A stretch of 64,000 nt of DNA from Rubripirellula sp. (lineage in GTDB: Bacteria; Planctomycetota; Planctomycetia; Pirellulales; Pirellulaceae), in NCBI GenBank assembly GCA_965216875.1, contig OZ244207.1:6368001-6432000 (forward strand), read 5' to 3'. Position numbers and translations under genes: made by a program. The first letter of the stretch is position 1. Each line of letters begins with the position of its first letter. The notes beneath the pieces are model-generated. The model was not told the origin of the DNA. It searched no databases and saw only the letters and a list, made by a program, of their open reading frames with translations. This document shows, in pieces, positions 51,901 through 59,679 of this stretch.

Positions 51901-54609
51901 ACCGGTGATGTGAAGACCACCTCCGTTACCGGGTGAAGTTGCGTCAGAACCGAGCGCGTTGTTGTTGTCGAGAGTCACATTGGTCAGTGACAAGGTCGTG
52001 GACGAAGCGTGTTCAATACCGCCACCAGCTCGTTCGGCGTCATTGCCCGAAATCGAGCCACCCGAAACCACGAGCGAACCTTGGTTGTTGAAGATACCGC
52101 CACCGCTGCCGAGGGTTCCGTCGGCAACGTTGTTGTCAATGATGGACGGAGTGATCAGGCCGATGTTGAGCGAACCGCCATTGTTGAAGATACCGCCGCC
52201 GCCGTCATCAGCAGCATCGCCGCTTGCGGTGTTGCCAGAGATCGTGACGCCGTCGACGTTCATCGTTCCGCCACCATTCCACAGACCGCCACCTTCAAGA
52301 GCAGCACTGTTTCCGCTGGCCGATCCGCCAACCACGTTTACGGTCGCGTTGCCAGTGACATGCAGGCCACCGCCGTTACCCGGCGAGGTTGCGTCGGTTC
52401 CGTTGGCGAAGTTGCCATCGAGGTTGACGTTGAGCAGATTCACAAGAGTGAACGATGCATCTTCAATGCCGCCACCAGCACGTTCAGCTTGGTTTCCGGT
52501 GATGACCGAATTGGAAATGCCAAGCGAACCGTTCAGGCCGTTGAAGATACCGCCACCGCTACCGAGCGTTCCATCTGCAACGTTGTTGGTGATGCTACTG
52601 CTGAAGATGTTAAGATTGGCACCGTTGTTGAAGATGCCACCGCCGCCCTGATTACCAGCAGCGCCGGTCGCGGTGTTGCCCGAAATCGTCGTGCCTGTGA
52701 TCGTTGCCGTCGTATTCGAGTCATCGATCAGAATACCGCCACCGATCGTTGCGCTGTTGCCAGAAATCTCGCCGCCCGAGATGGTGACGGTTTCAGATCC
52801 GGTGATCCAAAGGCCGCGACCGGGAGTATCGATCAGGTCAACGTTGCGAAGCGTAACGTCGTCAGTCGCTGCACCACCGTTGATGATCAACGAAGCGGCG
52901 TAGGCGGAATCAAGCGTGTCGACTTGAAGCGAGTCGCCTTGATCACCCAAGTTGACCGTCAGCGAATTGGACGGGTTCGGAATGACGGTGTCTTCAAAGG
53001 TTGCACCGAGATCGACGATTTCGATGTCGCCGTTGTCAGAACTGTTTCGCAACAAAGCGTTGTTGGCAAACGCAGTTGGCAGATTGAGGATCGTGTTGAC
53101 TGAGTCGCCGGCACCGATGGGTTCCAATCCGGTGTAAGTGATCAGTGGTCCGCCATCGAGAGAGATGTTGCCGTTGTTACCCTCACCCGGTGTCGTGTCG
53201 GTGTAGTTGAGAACCTGATCGGTAAAGCTACCGATGATGTTGAGCTCGTCACCGAACGGGCTGTCTTGGCCTTCGCCGTTAAAGACAACACCGTCGGCGG
53301 GAACAGGGTTGCCGCCGCTGTAGTCGATGGTCAACGAATCGTCGCCGGCACCACCGTTGAGGACCAAAGGCCCAACAATATCGGCCAACGGAATTCGAAT
53401 TGCATTGGTTCCGTCAACGGAAAGCACCATGTCTCCACCGTCGGCGACCAGATTGAGGCTCTCGTCACCGGGGCTAAAGTCGATCGCCCCCAACGTAACT
53501 TGGCCGTTCGCCGAGGTGGTGGTTTCGATCCCGCTGTAGTCGATGGGGCTCTCAGCCGTGAAGTTGTACTGACCTGTTCCAAAACCGTTGATGTCCAGGT
53601 TTGCCGCGGATGCTCCGGCTAGGTCGACATTCAAAACGTCGCCAACACCGCCCGGGCCAGGGTTGTCACCTCGAACGTCGATGTTGACGCCCAACTGCGG
53701 CGCTACGTCGAACGTGTCTTCACCTTCGTTGCCGCGCAAGAGGATGTCGGTCAGGTCCGTTCCGCTGAGGTCGTCAGTGACGTTAAACGAGTCGTTACCG
53801 TTTCCGCCGCCCAAGTCGAGCTGTTCGACGGTGAAGACATCAAGAGTGAACGGTCCGAGACCTGCACCACCGTCTGCGCGTGAGACGAAGAAGCCACTGC
53901 CGTTCGCTGTTACTGAGAATGCGTCGCCGCCTGTGGTGACCTCCGAACCGTTGACGATGACTTCATCAAATCCATCGTCGCCATCGATGATGTCGCTTCC
54001 ATCGCCGTTGTTCCAAACGAATAGATCGTCGTTGTCACCACCGAGCAGCTGGTCATTGCCTGGGCCACCAATGAGTGTGTCGTCTCCGGTGCCACCTGTG
54101 ATGAAGTCGTCAAATTCAGTGCCGATCAACGTGTCGTCATCCGACCCACCGTTGATGTCGACAAACGAACTCACCACGCCGCCTTCCAGGCTTGCATCGA
54201 TCGTGTCATTGCCATCGTTGCCGTTGATGACCGCGGATGCGACGCTGCTTCCCAACAAGTCGATCGTGAGCGTGTCGTTGGGGCTCGTCGTGGTTGAAAG
54301 AACAAAGTCGGCGTTCGCAACTGCGTCACCGGCAAGTGTGATCTCGTCGCCATTGCCAACGGTGATCGTTAACGTGTCACCAGAACCGATAAGTTGAATG
54401 TCGTCGGCTTCGCCGGCATCGCCATCGACGGTCAAGTCGTTAAAGGCGGCGTCGTAACCAACCACTGCAAGCAGGTTACGATCCTCGAGTGTTTCAACTT
54501 GAGGAGCACGTTTGGTCATCAAGTTTGCAAGCCGACGTCGTCGCGCCTCGCGGTGTTTTGCTGATTGCTTACGGTCTCGACCTGTTCTCTTGCTACTGCG
54601 AAAGATCAT
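42958..54609 (-). CDS. Giant (3883 aa) secreted adhesin-like protein: planctomycete signal, RTX Ca-binding repeats, beta-helix, choice-of-anchor-Q-like, PPC-like, Ig-like, FG-GAP-like and dockerin domains
   Basis: VETLEDRNLLA; many GGxGxDxL nonamers; GGGIFN/GGGLWN/GGGIED repeats; LADNGGP...DQR...DIGAVE; SDTGRSQFDNITYDDTPT; PVAGDFN/GDFNGDGFDD; DTTVDGKVTARDALVVIN and DASGDGDITSLDALRVIN. Confidence 0.9.
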   Translation of the reverse strand: MIFRSSKRTGRDRKQSAKHREARRRRLANLMTKRAPQVETLEDRNLLAVVGYDAAFNDLTVDGDAGEADDIQLIGSGDTLTITVGNGDEITLAGDAVANADFVLSTTTSPNDTLTIDLLGSSVASAVINGNDGNDTIDASLEGGVVSSFVDINGGSDDDTLIGTEFDDFITGGTGDDTLIGGPGNDQLLGGDNDDLFVWNNGDGSDIIDGDDGFDEVIVNGSEVTTGGDAFSVTANGSGFFVSRADGGAGLGPFTLDVFTVEQLDLGGGNGNDSFNVTDDLSGTDLTDILLRGNEGEDTFDVAPQLGVNIDVRGDNPGPGGVGDVLNVDLAGASAANLDINGFGTGQYNFTAESPIDYSGIETTTSANGQVTLGAIDFSPGDESLNLVADGGDMVLSVDGTNAIRIPLADIVGPLVLNGGAGDDSLTIDYSGGNPVPADGVVFNGEGQDSPFGDELNIIGSFTDQVLNYTDTTPGEGNNGNISLDGGPLITYTGLEPIGAGDSVNTILNLPTAFANNALLRNSSDNGDIEIVDLGATFEDTVIPNPSNSLTVNLGDQGDSLQVDTLDSAYAASLIINGGAATDDVTLRNVDLIDTPGRGLWITGSETVTISGGEISGNSATIGGGILIDDSNTTATITGTTISGNTATGAAGNQGGGGIFNNGANLNIFSSSITNNVADGTLGSGGGIFNGLNGSLGISNSVITGNQAERAGGGIEDASFTLVNLLNVNLDGNFANGTDATSPGNGGGLHVTGNATVNVVGGSASGNSAALEGGGLWNGGGTMNVDGVTISGNTASGDAADDGGGGIFNNGGSLNIGLITPSIIDNNVADGTLGSGGGIFNNQGSLVVSGGSISGNDAERAGGGIEHASSTTLSLTNVTLDNNNALGSDATSPGNGGGLHITGPAASIIDGGSASGNFAALEGGGLWNGSGTMTVIGTTIDGNTASGDAADDGGGGIFNNGGGLVVTNVNITDNVADGSSGSGGGILNVTGGTVQVFSSIIAGNTASRAGGGIEDASGAGLGLQISNSLLADNITGSAPGNGGGVHVTGAGDVSITGGTVSGNSAALEGGGLWNGSGTMTITNVTISGNTASGDAADDGGGGIFNNGGVINIANASISENTADGAAGSGGGILNLGGSVSIVDSLIADNSAQRAGGGIEDNGGTRFNVTNSVIASNDAGSSPGNGGGIHISGGGNVTIDGSTIHDNTAVEGGGLWNSGSGTFTVTNTTISGNTATGSDGGGIFNVDGGSISLDSVTITLNDASTGIGAGIQGGSGGVTIENTIVAQNPGPANTGLTNEANLAGNIDSLDFNLTGDADNGTLTGLTRNTIFSADALLLPLADNGGPFIPAVGSAAPTHLPAVGSAAIGFGLTSLQEDQRDLSRPQGGADDIGAVEAVLNGFVIDADDLAIGTAGDGNADEFVIRNDDTGLTGDIQILINSRLVFSQPRATTGEIVIRGSADDDTLVIDNSNGLIGSNIVFDGDGTGGPLGPPAFPTPGGFDTIRSVGFTTTTEVVYNPGSESGDGALFHVDNQVVQSVEFFGLEPLQVLAPVGGNNILNIASAPLGVGFPQALNAANSINYSEGPNSNDPADIVFAGAITGLITVDGFESLEFANFEVMNIDGGSGSDEINLNHPSQPDELGEINVDGGGPSADGDLVVVNGTTATDTVTIDELTVDGADITEADPLRPELTVSGAEGIVYVSQGGSDDLVVETPSGLQQISLTTGDIPNNGSVAINDPAGNSFVGIEYRDLDVGTADSSITFQDEGGGRADDLIYQGTATADVVNIDAAGRIVTQELVAVSSANKVVVVETPGIRNLSVNGLGGDDEFQIPGNHPFENVLVEAGAPAIGSDVLDFVGSGAGAVTLDLDAQTITEAGFGPVSYSGVETVNINAGNTLTVEGTAGNDTIDITPTAAGAGTFAHNGSPTVSFNYENATTTTINGGGGVDNINVLGDELTDVVTAAAASITVDGSTVTLGTGIEAVSLSGLGGDDNIDLSALDVSITVSGGAGNDTIVGGLQADTIFGNEGNDDLVGGGGADTVYGGIGNDTIGGAAAGAQDPGNDIFSGGDGIDLFIWEPGDGQDTISGGDDAADVFEFRGRGQAGDTFTLSNDNGHVDAMFNAAVINVAGVETIVVAPGDGAASTVTVNDLFGTEVSEVSVDLPAGGQGDTVTVATRSDDDSINVSGTVAITGLTYDVSISDSVAGEDTLVLNLGEGNDTANVETGLPIDTTVNGGAGDDAITGDFNTADGGAGSDTISGSDKNQAITGGSEDDTIVISGGDDTVDGGVGFDNLLYQGTSANDILDLSEAAGTITVSGLIAGTVVPSNVEQIDIDAGDGDDTSALQGLTIPTVFEGGNGADEAIATTRNADNTVATTTPISLVLRGGSGNDILIGGSLGDILDGGDGDDLLEGAQGADQFFGGDGSDQLRWIAGDGSDLMEGGAGETDQLIFIANDASNLLQLYGGGLSTDDPAGIFPPQTLENSTRAIFELNAGQVFLNTGDVESVYVDARDGNDNIVINNQVDATSRGDSPVGGGVAISQGTDLAATAVASVEVLDGLGDDYIDVHGTAGDDNIDVAVQGGATVIEGASVFVQIGGVGGADTLHVHGQEGDDDLKAADGTEAVIAITLEGDAGDDILSADAILIGGAGDDFLQGGAGNDLLIGGAGEDTFVGGAGDDTIDGGDGFDTILIEGTGGADVIDVFQSAPTTLEHTVNGDAQTDTLVVVAGVQTVEEARIVGGNGADLVRVNWLDAHGVNANADALRMTVEGGSDATSDRLIVVDEGTDDLVLYRKGQANDSGTVQVGPGNAEPLLAVFSGVENIDFVDENGTAITNDPAGSQLVVFKHDPFESNDDRFTATYLGSGDTINVDPTIDPGPLADPFGDGQNFGGDSDYYRVVAEATGTLDFQVYFRQVAALASGRPGLPNDGNLDINVRDAAGNVIAGFGANDADDDERVRIPAVEGQTYYLEVVGNGDAINVYNFSIVNHAPPVPFDLELLDNPADGTTNPPGTSANSDTGRSQFDNITYDDTPTIYFRLDDGVFLNDIQGNTPPGTNSPPDETIVIPFRAGVAQPTDPGFAIAIFDEGNTPPQTGNPVQTPLGFATAVAGQQGVYEFTVPNGLALSEGSHFLSARVQMIDPANPQQTAYGERSASLEIVVDTTEPEVVFGLAASATDGLHPNSDSGDAALPLTLVDHITNVEVPTFFGRAEANAIIRLYVDMDGTGTLTANDLLIGQSTATPLDGTEQLGTPAQPNEPGGQWEVTSTVNMNDPRILTALGLAKDGLRTILLSAEDVAGNITDPNANVTLNIFVDTQGPQVTDVFITGNPAFNIFNLKPDTPEPTPRVDSLTISVQDLPPRVAAFLYPALSNVPPLAPVVLVGDHSGPIAIESWGYIDTNSGPGVATGEIVLNFSSPLPDDRFTLTLKDNVIDPAGNQLDGENDAAEPIGTPFFPTGDAIPGGDFIARFTVDSRPEIATWSQGVVYADINGNFVYDPEGEDNDATNRDFVFNFGEITDAYFTGNFSDAAAVTASGFDKLGAYGRFNGVYQFLLDTDDDGVGDFVSNSAFQIAAIPVAGDFNAAHPGDEIGLFDGQNWYLDTNGNNVIDAGEILPSNLRGVPFVGDFNGDGFDDLAVYDSDGAGTLQGQFQFDLDRDGTVDDVINHFGFPGFGEKPVAGDYNLDGIDDIGLWVPHQEGQLPKEAGEFHFLISDNVAANPSSVFNLFSPAPLGNDLHAQFGDDFALPLFGNFDPPVVGDSGGTSFLAELTNDLNPLDTTVDGKVTARDALVVINALNRTDFDPGSNPLRVVSSLGGYRLDASGDGDITSLDALRVINGLAVINNAASLNAESVSWATAADDVLGDLDDDEDDDLISLLASDQEQQRVKS

Positions 54610-55007
54610 GACGTGTTCCTACCTACCCGTTGTGTGCATCAAGTTGAGTGAAGAATTGCTTATCTGTAGAACGCAGCTACGCACCATCGATTCGATGGTG
54701 GGCCGTTTCATTTCGATCCAAACTGGGGTCCCCATGATTGGGGTCCCCGCTACCAACAGATAAGAATAAAAACTGCAGATCCAGCAAGATAGGAAAAACA
54801 GGGCGATTGCACAATTATTCCTGCTTTTCTTGGAACCTTTATCTTGACGTGCTGCATCGGGTGATTGACGACGAAATAGACGACGTGTGTACACCTGACA
54901 ACGATGCGATTACGCAAACCGGGGGGCCAGGTTGCGCGACAAGGGTGCCGTGACTCTTTGCTCAGTTTTTAAACGTGGATCGCCTTTCGTTCGGGGTGGT
55001 CAGCACC

Positions 55008-55069
55008 GTTCGTCGTCCCGCGTTTAGGCGGAATGAGAGAAGTTTCCGGCTAAAGCCGGTACTACGAAC
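55008..55069. repeat. REP-like doublet, family D (GTAG-type end)
   Basis: GTTCGTCGTCCCGCGTTTAGGCGGAA...TTCCGGCTAAAGCCGGTACTACGAAC; single or degenerate arms also at about 40341, 41341 and 19014. Confidence 0.85.
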
Positions 55070-55142
55070 TGGTGTCTTAGCGAGAACCACCACCACTCCG
55101 AGAGAGCAGCGTCCGCAATCGCGACGATCAAGAAGCGCATAG

Positions 55143-55172
55143 AAAAAGGCCACGGCAAAGATGCCGTGGCCT
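55143..55172 (-). terminator. Rho-independent terminator
   Basis: Stem AGGCCACGGCA/TGCCGTGGCCT with an A5 run, 29 bp after the stop at 55201. Confidence 0.85.
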
Positions 55173-55200
55173 CAAGTTGATTCAATTTGGATTGGCGATC

Positions 55201-56001
55201 TTAGTTGCCGAAGGGATTCGGATCGTCACTAAATGGATTCGAGTCGCCCGCTCCACCGAATGGATTCGAGTTGTCCGCACCACCGGCTTCACCACCACCA
55301 AATGGATTGTCATTTGCGGGGGCTGCATCTGCACCGCCACCGAATGGATTGCTCGTATCGCTTGGTGGGACGGCTCCGGCTGGAACTGCTTCGCCACCGA
55401 ACGGATTCTTCATCGCGTCCTTCAGTGCGTTGTCGGAGTCGACTTTTGCGGGGCCAGAGGCCATGTCGTCCGCAAAGGGATCACCTGCTCCACCGGTCGG
55501 TGGCGGTGTGACCTGAGTCGGTGGGACAGGCTTAGGTGGTTGGCGAAGCACACGGGCTTCGGCTTCTTGGATTTCGCCATATCGTGCTTGTGCACGGCTG
55601 GTGGCAGTTGCGAGAGCCTTCAAGCGGGCTTCTTGGCGGATCGATTCGAGCGTGAGTCGAGCGGAACCTTGGAAACGCGACAGCGAGCGGCCAACACCAG
55701 GATTGGGGCCACTGGCAGCTTCCATGTCGGCACCCATCTGCCAATCGATTTCAGCTTGATCTTGGTTGCCATTCATATGGGCAACGAGTCCGCGGAAGTA
55801 GTAGGCACGCGGGTCTTTGATCCCGTTGTCGATTGCCATCGTTAGGAAACGAGTGGCGTTGTCGGTGTCGCCTGCGTAATAGGCGTGAACCCCGCGGCCG
55901 TACATTTCAGCCAAGATTTCGCTCTGGGCGGACGCTTTGTGAGGCGCGATCGCCGCGAAAGCCAGCAGCGCTGCGGCGACGGTCAGAACGGATTTCGTCA
56001 T
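55201..56001 (-). CDS. Exported TPR-like protein with a low-complexity NPF/DPF-repeat tail
   Basis: GGGGAGG ribosome-binding site, signal peptide ending ASA-Q, YGRGVHAYYAG...DPRAYYFRGL TPR-like helices, six NPF plus one DPF in the tail. Confidence 0.8.
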   Translation of the reverse strand: MTKSVLTVAAALLAFAAIAPHKASAQSEILAEMYGRGVHAYYAGDTDNATRFLTMAIDNGIKDPRAYYFRGLVAHMNGNQDQAEIDWQMGADMEAASGPNPGVGRSLSRFQGSARLTLESIRQEARLKALATATSRAQARYGEIQEAEARVLRQPPKPVPPTQVTPPPTGGAGDPFADDMASGPAKVDSDNALKDAMKNPFGGEAVPAGAVPPSDTSNPFGGGADAAPANDNPFGGGEAGGADNSNPFGGAGDSNPFSDDPNPFGN

Positions 56002-56328
56002 CGGGTAAGAATCCTCCCCCACGTGGATCGGGGCCGTGAGCGTGATTGAAAAGCAGACCCACCATACGGGCACGATGGGGGTCCAGATTGCAACGAATCG
56101 CCGCGCAGAGAGTGTTCTCCGTCACAGTGGGCAATTCGACCGGTTCCAAAACTTTAATCGTCCGCAATCGAAGCGGCAAATGTTTTTCACCGTAACCAGG
56201 GGACTCTTCCAAGATCACGGCGCCACGGCGAGTCATTATGACGCTTGAACGTCAAAAAGACGCCATTTTCGCGGTCATCCGCGATCAACGGCTAGTTGCC
56301 TTGAGATGGCCCAAATGGGGAGTTGGAA

Positions 56329-57699
56329 TTATGCGGCCTTCGGCGTCGGGTCGATTTCCGGTTCAGACTCGCTCGGATTCTCCGCTTCTTTGCCTTGGAT
56401 CTGCTCGACGGCGCGGCGCAATTGGGCGTCAAGTGACAGACCCGACGGCCGGTCGGTTTCCAAGGCCGCTTCGTTTTGTGAGGCCATCGCTGGGTACGAT
56501 GCTTCGCGCCATCGCTTGGCGAGAGCCTGCAGGGCTTCCTCTTCGATTTTGACTTCCATACCTGGATCAGGCTTCACGCCCCACTCTTCGTCCTCGCCCG
56601 CATCCTTTTTGCGATGGATGTTCTCGCCGTTGGGGCGATAGTAGCGCGCGACGGTCAATCGAAGTGCGCTCAGTCCGTACTGCAAAGGCAAGATGTTTTG
56701 AACCGTTCCCTTACCATAACTCCGCGTCCCCACAATCGCTGCGCGTTGATTGTCTTGCAAGCTGGCTGCGACGATCTCGCTGGCACTCGCTGATGCGCCG
56801 TCAATCAACACGGCGATCGGTTTGGACTCATCAACCAGCGTTCCGGGCGAAGCGCTGAATTCGTTTTCTTTCTTTCCGCCGCGAACTCGCGTTGAAACGA
56901 TCTGGCCGTGATTCAGGAACATGTCACTGACATCCACCGCCGCGGTCAACAAGCCGCCTCCGTTTCCGCGCAAGTCGATCACCAAACCGTCGAAGCTGTT
57001 GTCGAGTTCACGCAGTACCGTTTGTAATTCGTTTACGGTCTTGTCGCCGAAACTCGTGATGCGAATGTAGGCGATGCTCGACTCGTCGCGCAATCGATAA
57101 ACCCAGCGATCATCGGGGTCGCGATAGTCTCCGATCACTGATGGCAACGGAATGACGGCGCGCGTGACCGAAAGCGGTACGTCGTCAAAGCTAACGACAT
57201 TGCCCTTGTCGTCCAATTCGGATCGTCGCACAACAAGCGCGACGCTGGTTGCGACAGGACCTCGCAATCGCGAGCTGACATCATTGAGAATCATCTCCGA
57301 GACGTCCTCGCCATCGACCTTGACGATCTCATCACCCGGAAGCACACCTGCATTGAGTGCGGGCGATCCAACCAAAGGCGTGACGACGCGGACCGGTTTC
57401 CCCGATTCAGGCTGCTCGACGAAAATGCCGATGCCTGCAAACTCCTGTTGAATACTGTCTTGAAACGATTGGTAGTCATCGCCTGGTATGTATTCACTGT
57501 GCTCATCAAGGATTGAGGTCATCCCATCCATGGCCGCGGTCAACAGAGCGTCTTTTTCAACAGAGTCGACGTAGTAGTTGTCGATCTGTGCGAGCGCCTC
57601 GCCAACAATCATTGCCGTCCGCGACCGTTCGTGAGCGACATAGCAGAATCCTGAGACGCAAAAGGCGATCAGGATGACGTTGAGCGTGCGGGGTGGCAT
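56329..57699 (-). CDS. S41 family carboxy-terminal processing protease
   Basis: LDEHSEY, PDZ domain (FAGIGI...GSPA..AGV..GD.I), DLRGNGGGLL, catalytic SASASEI, SYGKGTVQ. Confidence 0.95.
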   Translation of the reverse strand: MPPRTLNVILIAFCVSGFCYVAHERSRTAMIVGEALAQIDNYYVDSVEKDALLTAAMDGMTSILDEHSEYIPGDDYQSFQDSIQQEFAGIGIFVEQPESGKPVRVVTPLVGSPALNAGVLPGDEIVKVDGEDVSEMILNDVSSRLRGPVATSVALVVRRSELDDKGNVVSFDDVPLSVTRAVIPLPSVIGDYRDPDDRWVYRLRDESSIAYIRITSFGDKTVNELQTVLRELDNSFDGLVIDLRGNGGGLLTAAVDVSDMFLNHGQIVSTRVRGGKKENEFSASPGTLVDESKPIAVLIDGASASASEIVAASLQDNQRAAIVGTRSYGKGTVQNILPLQYGLSALRLTVARYYRPNGENIHRKKDAGEDEEWGVKPDPGMEVKIEEEALQALAKRWREASYPAMASQNEAALETDRPSGLSLDAQLRRAVEQIQGKEAENPSESEPEIDPTPKAA

Positions 57700-57802
57700 A
57701 AGCGTTCGATTCGTCTGGACAGACTGGCGGTGGATGGGTGACCGAATGAGTGTTCGGGACACTCAATTCTATTCCATCACCAACCAATCGACGAAGGCCG
57801 GA

Positions 57803-59455
57803 TCAAACGCCGTCTAGGAAGGGAATTGGCACCAGCACTGCGTGTTGCTGGACCCAGGTTTGCAAGCCGTCCCAGCTCGTGTATTGCGAGACGTAGACAA
57901 ATAAGAGGTAGGTCGCCACCACACCCGGCATCAGCAACCGGACCGTCCAGCGAGAGATCGCGGCCCATGTGCCCTTGGGATCTGGCCGCCGCCGAGCGCG
58001 TCGCATGGCTAAGCCCTCCGCGATGCGTGCCGGCAACATGAAAGCGACAAATACAAGACAAGGAAGCCACATCACCTCGCGTGGCGTCGCCTCGATCTTC
58101 AGCAGGTAAAGCGGGATCGGAAGCAACACCAGCCCCAAGACCATCGCTAACAGCCAAGCCCAAGGGGCACGGCGAAAGTCTCGGTGAACGGTGCGGATTT
58201 CAAATAACGCGGACAGCCGATTCTCGGCAGCAAAGTGTGCTTGCAGCATCGGCAGAAAGAGCATCACCACCCCCAACGCCATCAGCCAGATGAATCCGAC
58301 CACGCCGGCGAGCCCTGTTTCACCATTGCGAAAGACCGCGATCAAGATCATGGCTGGGATCAACCAGATCAGTGTGCCGATCGCCCCGCGGGCACCAAGC
58401 CAAAAGAGCTTGGGTAATTCAAGTGATGTGGTGAAATCCCAAAGTCGATCGGGTGCATCGGTCCAAGTCTTGGGACGCCAACCTTCGCGCATCAGTCGAA
58501 GTGGTTGTGGCCAAAGGTAGTGGCGGAGCCTCCCGCCGCGCACCCAGGCCCATAACAAATAGAACATCGTCAACAGTGCCGCTGCGATCGCAAGCACTCG
58601 AAGCATGGTCGCTTGACCCGAACCAGGATTGATCAAGTAAGCGTTCGATTCCCAGTGAACGAGCAGTTGTGTGGGCAGTGAGGCAAGAAAGATCGCGGCG
58701 CCAGCCATTCCGATTTTGCCGGCTTCATGCAAGTGCGGTAGGCAATCGCGCAACTTCGAACCGTTTGTTAATCGACCCGCGACCATTAATAGGTAGCCGA
58801 ATGCGACCAGTTGAACGATCGGGATCGCGGTCAGTACGGCCAGCAAGACAACGAGCGACACGATGCACCAAGAACCATGCAACATCCAACCTGCAAATCC
58901 AATCAGACGTCGCAGGATCCCGCGTTTCGGCGGCTCGGCTTCGGGTGGCTGGACAACTGGCGGTGGAGTCGGTTGAGTGACCGAACCGGTCTCAACCGAT
59001 TCGGCGACGAGCAAACCGACGATTGGATCGTTGGCTTGGGCGTGGGTTGCTGGTTGGGTTGATTCGTCGACTGAAAGTTTCGTTTCCGAGACCGAGATTG
59101 GACTATCGGCGTTTGGAGCTTTGGATGGAATCGAGTCGCTCGAGTTCGGCTGTACCAGCGTGGCTGTCAGTGGCTCGTTATCCGCGCGCGGGGTCTCGTC
59201 AAGAAGTTCGGCGACGACAGGCTCGTCCGATCGGTTGTCTTTGAGCCGATCGGTGGCTGGATCGCAATGCGTCGAATTGCCCATGTGATCTTGGAGATCT
59301 GCCTCGATGTTGGTCGAGTCCGACGCGCCCTTCGTCGCTTCGCGGCGCGAAAGATCGGAAGCGCTGGCTAGATCGGATGAGCGGAAGTGAGAGTCGACCA
59401 CGACGTCTCCTCGGTGGGATAGGCAAAAGATGAGCGAATTCGCCGTGCAGGCCAT
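57803..59455 (-). CDS. Multipass membrane protein with a long disordered N-terminus (possibly DUF4013-like)
   Basis: About 170 aa Pro/Ser/Asp-rich region followed by about eight TM segments; start uncertain. Confidence 0.65.
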   Translation of the reverse strand: MACTANSLIFCLSHRGDVVVDSHFRSSDLASASDLSRREATKGASDSTNIEADLQDHMGNSTHCDPATDRLKDNRSDEPVVAELLDETPRADNEPLTATLVQPNSSDSIPSKAPNADSPISVSETKLSVDESTQPATHAQANDPIVGLLVAESVETGSVTQPTPPPVVQPPEAEPPKRGILRRLIGFAGWMLHGSWCIVSLVVLLAVLTAIPIVQLVAFGYLLMVAGRLTNGSKLRDCLPHLHEAGKIGMAGAAIFLASLPTQLLVHWESNAYLINPGSGQATMLRVLAIAAALLTMFYLLWAWVRGGRLRHYLWPQPLRLMREGWRPKTWTDAPDRLWDFTTSLELPKLFWLGARGAIGTLIWLIPAMILIAVFRNGETGLAGVVGFIWLMALGVVMLFLPMLQAHFAAENRLSALFEIRTVHRDFRRAPWAWLLAMVLGLVLLPIPLYLLKIEATPREVMWLPCLVFVAFMLPARIAEGLAMRRARRRPDPKGTWAAISRWTVRLLMPGVVATYLLFVYVSQYTSWDGLQTWVQQHAVLVPIPFLDGV

Positions 59456-59679
59456 GGATTCGTCATCGCAACCTCAACCTTGGCAACTGCCGAAAAGATA
59501 TCAAAGACTTTCTTGGCAAAGGCTGTCGAAAGTTGCCTGGCGGAGGGTTGGGCTAAATGCATCTTATTTGCCGAACAGGCAAAATTGACTGCAGGTTTTT
59601 TGGTTGCCTGCCGATAAAGAGAGACGATCAGGGGGGATCACCACACTTTTCGACCGCTTTCACGAGCGGAGAGTGATCC

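Noticed and set aside
43247..54397. Many 200-360 aa plus-strand ORFs opposite the giant gene
   Set aside because: They mirror the Gly/Asp/Asn-rich repeats (poly-Pro, Val/Ile-rich translations) and are shadow ORFs.
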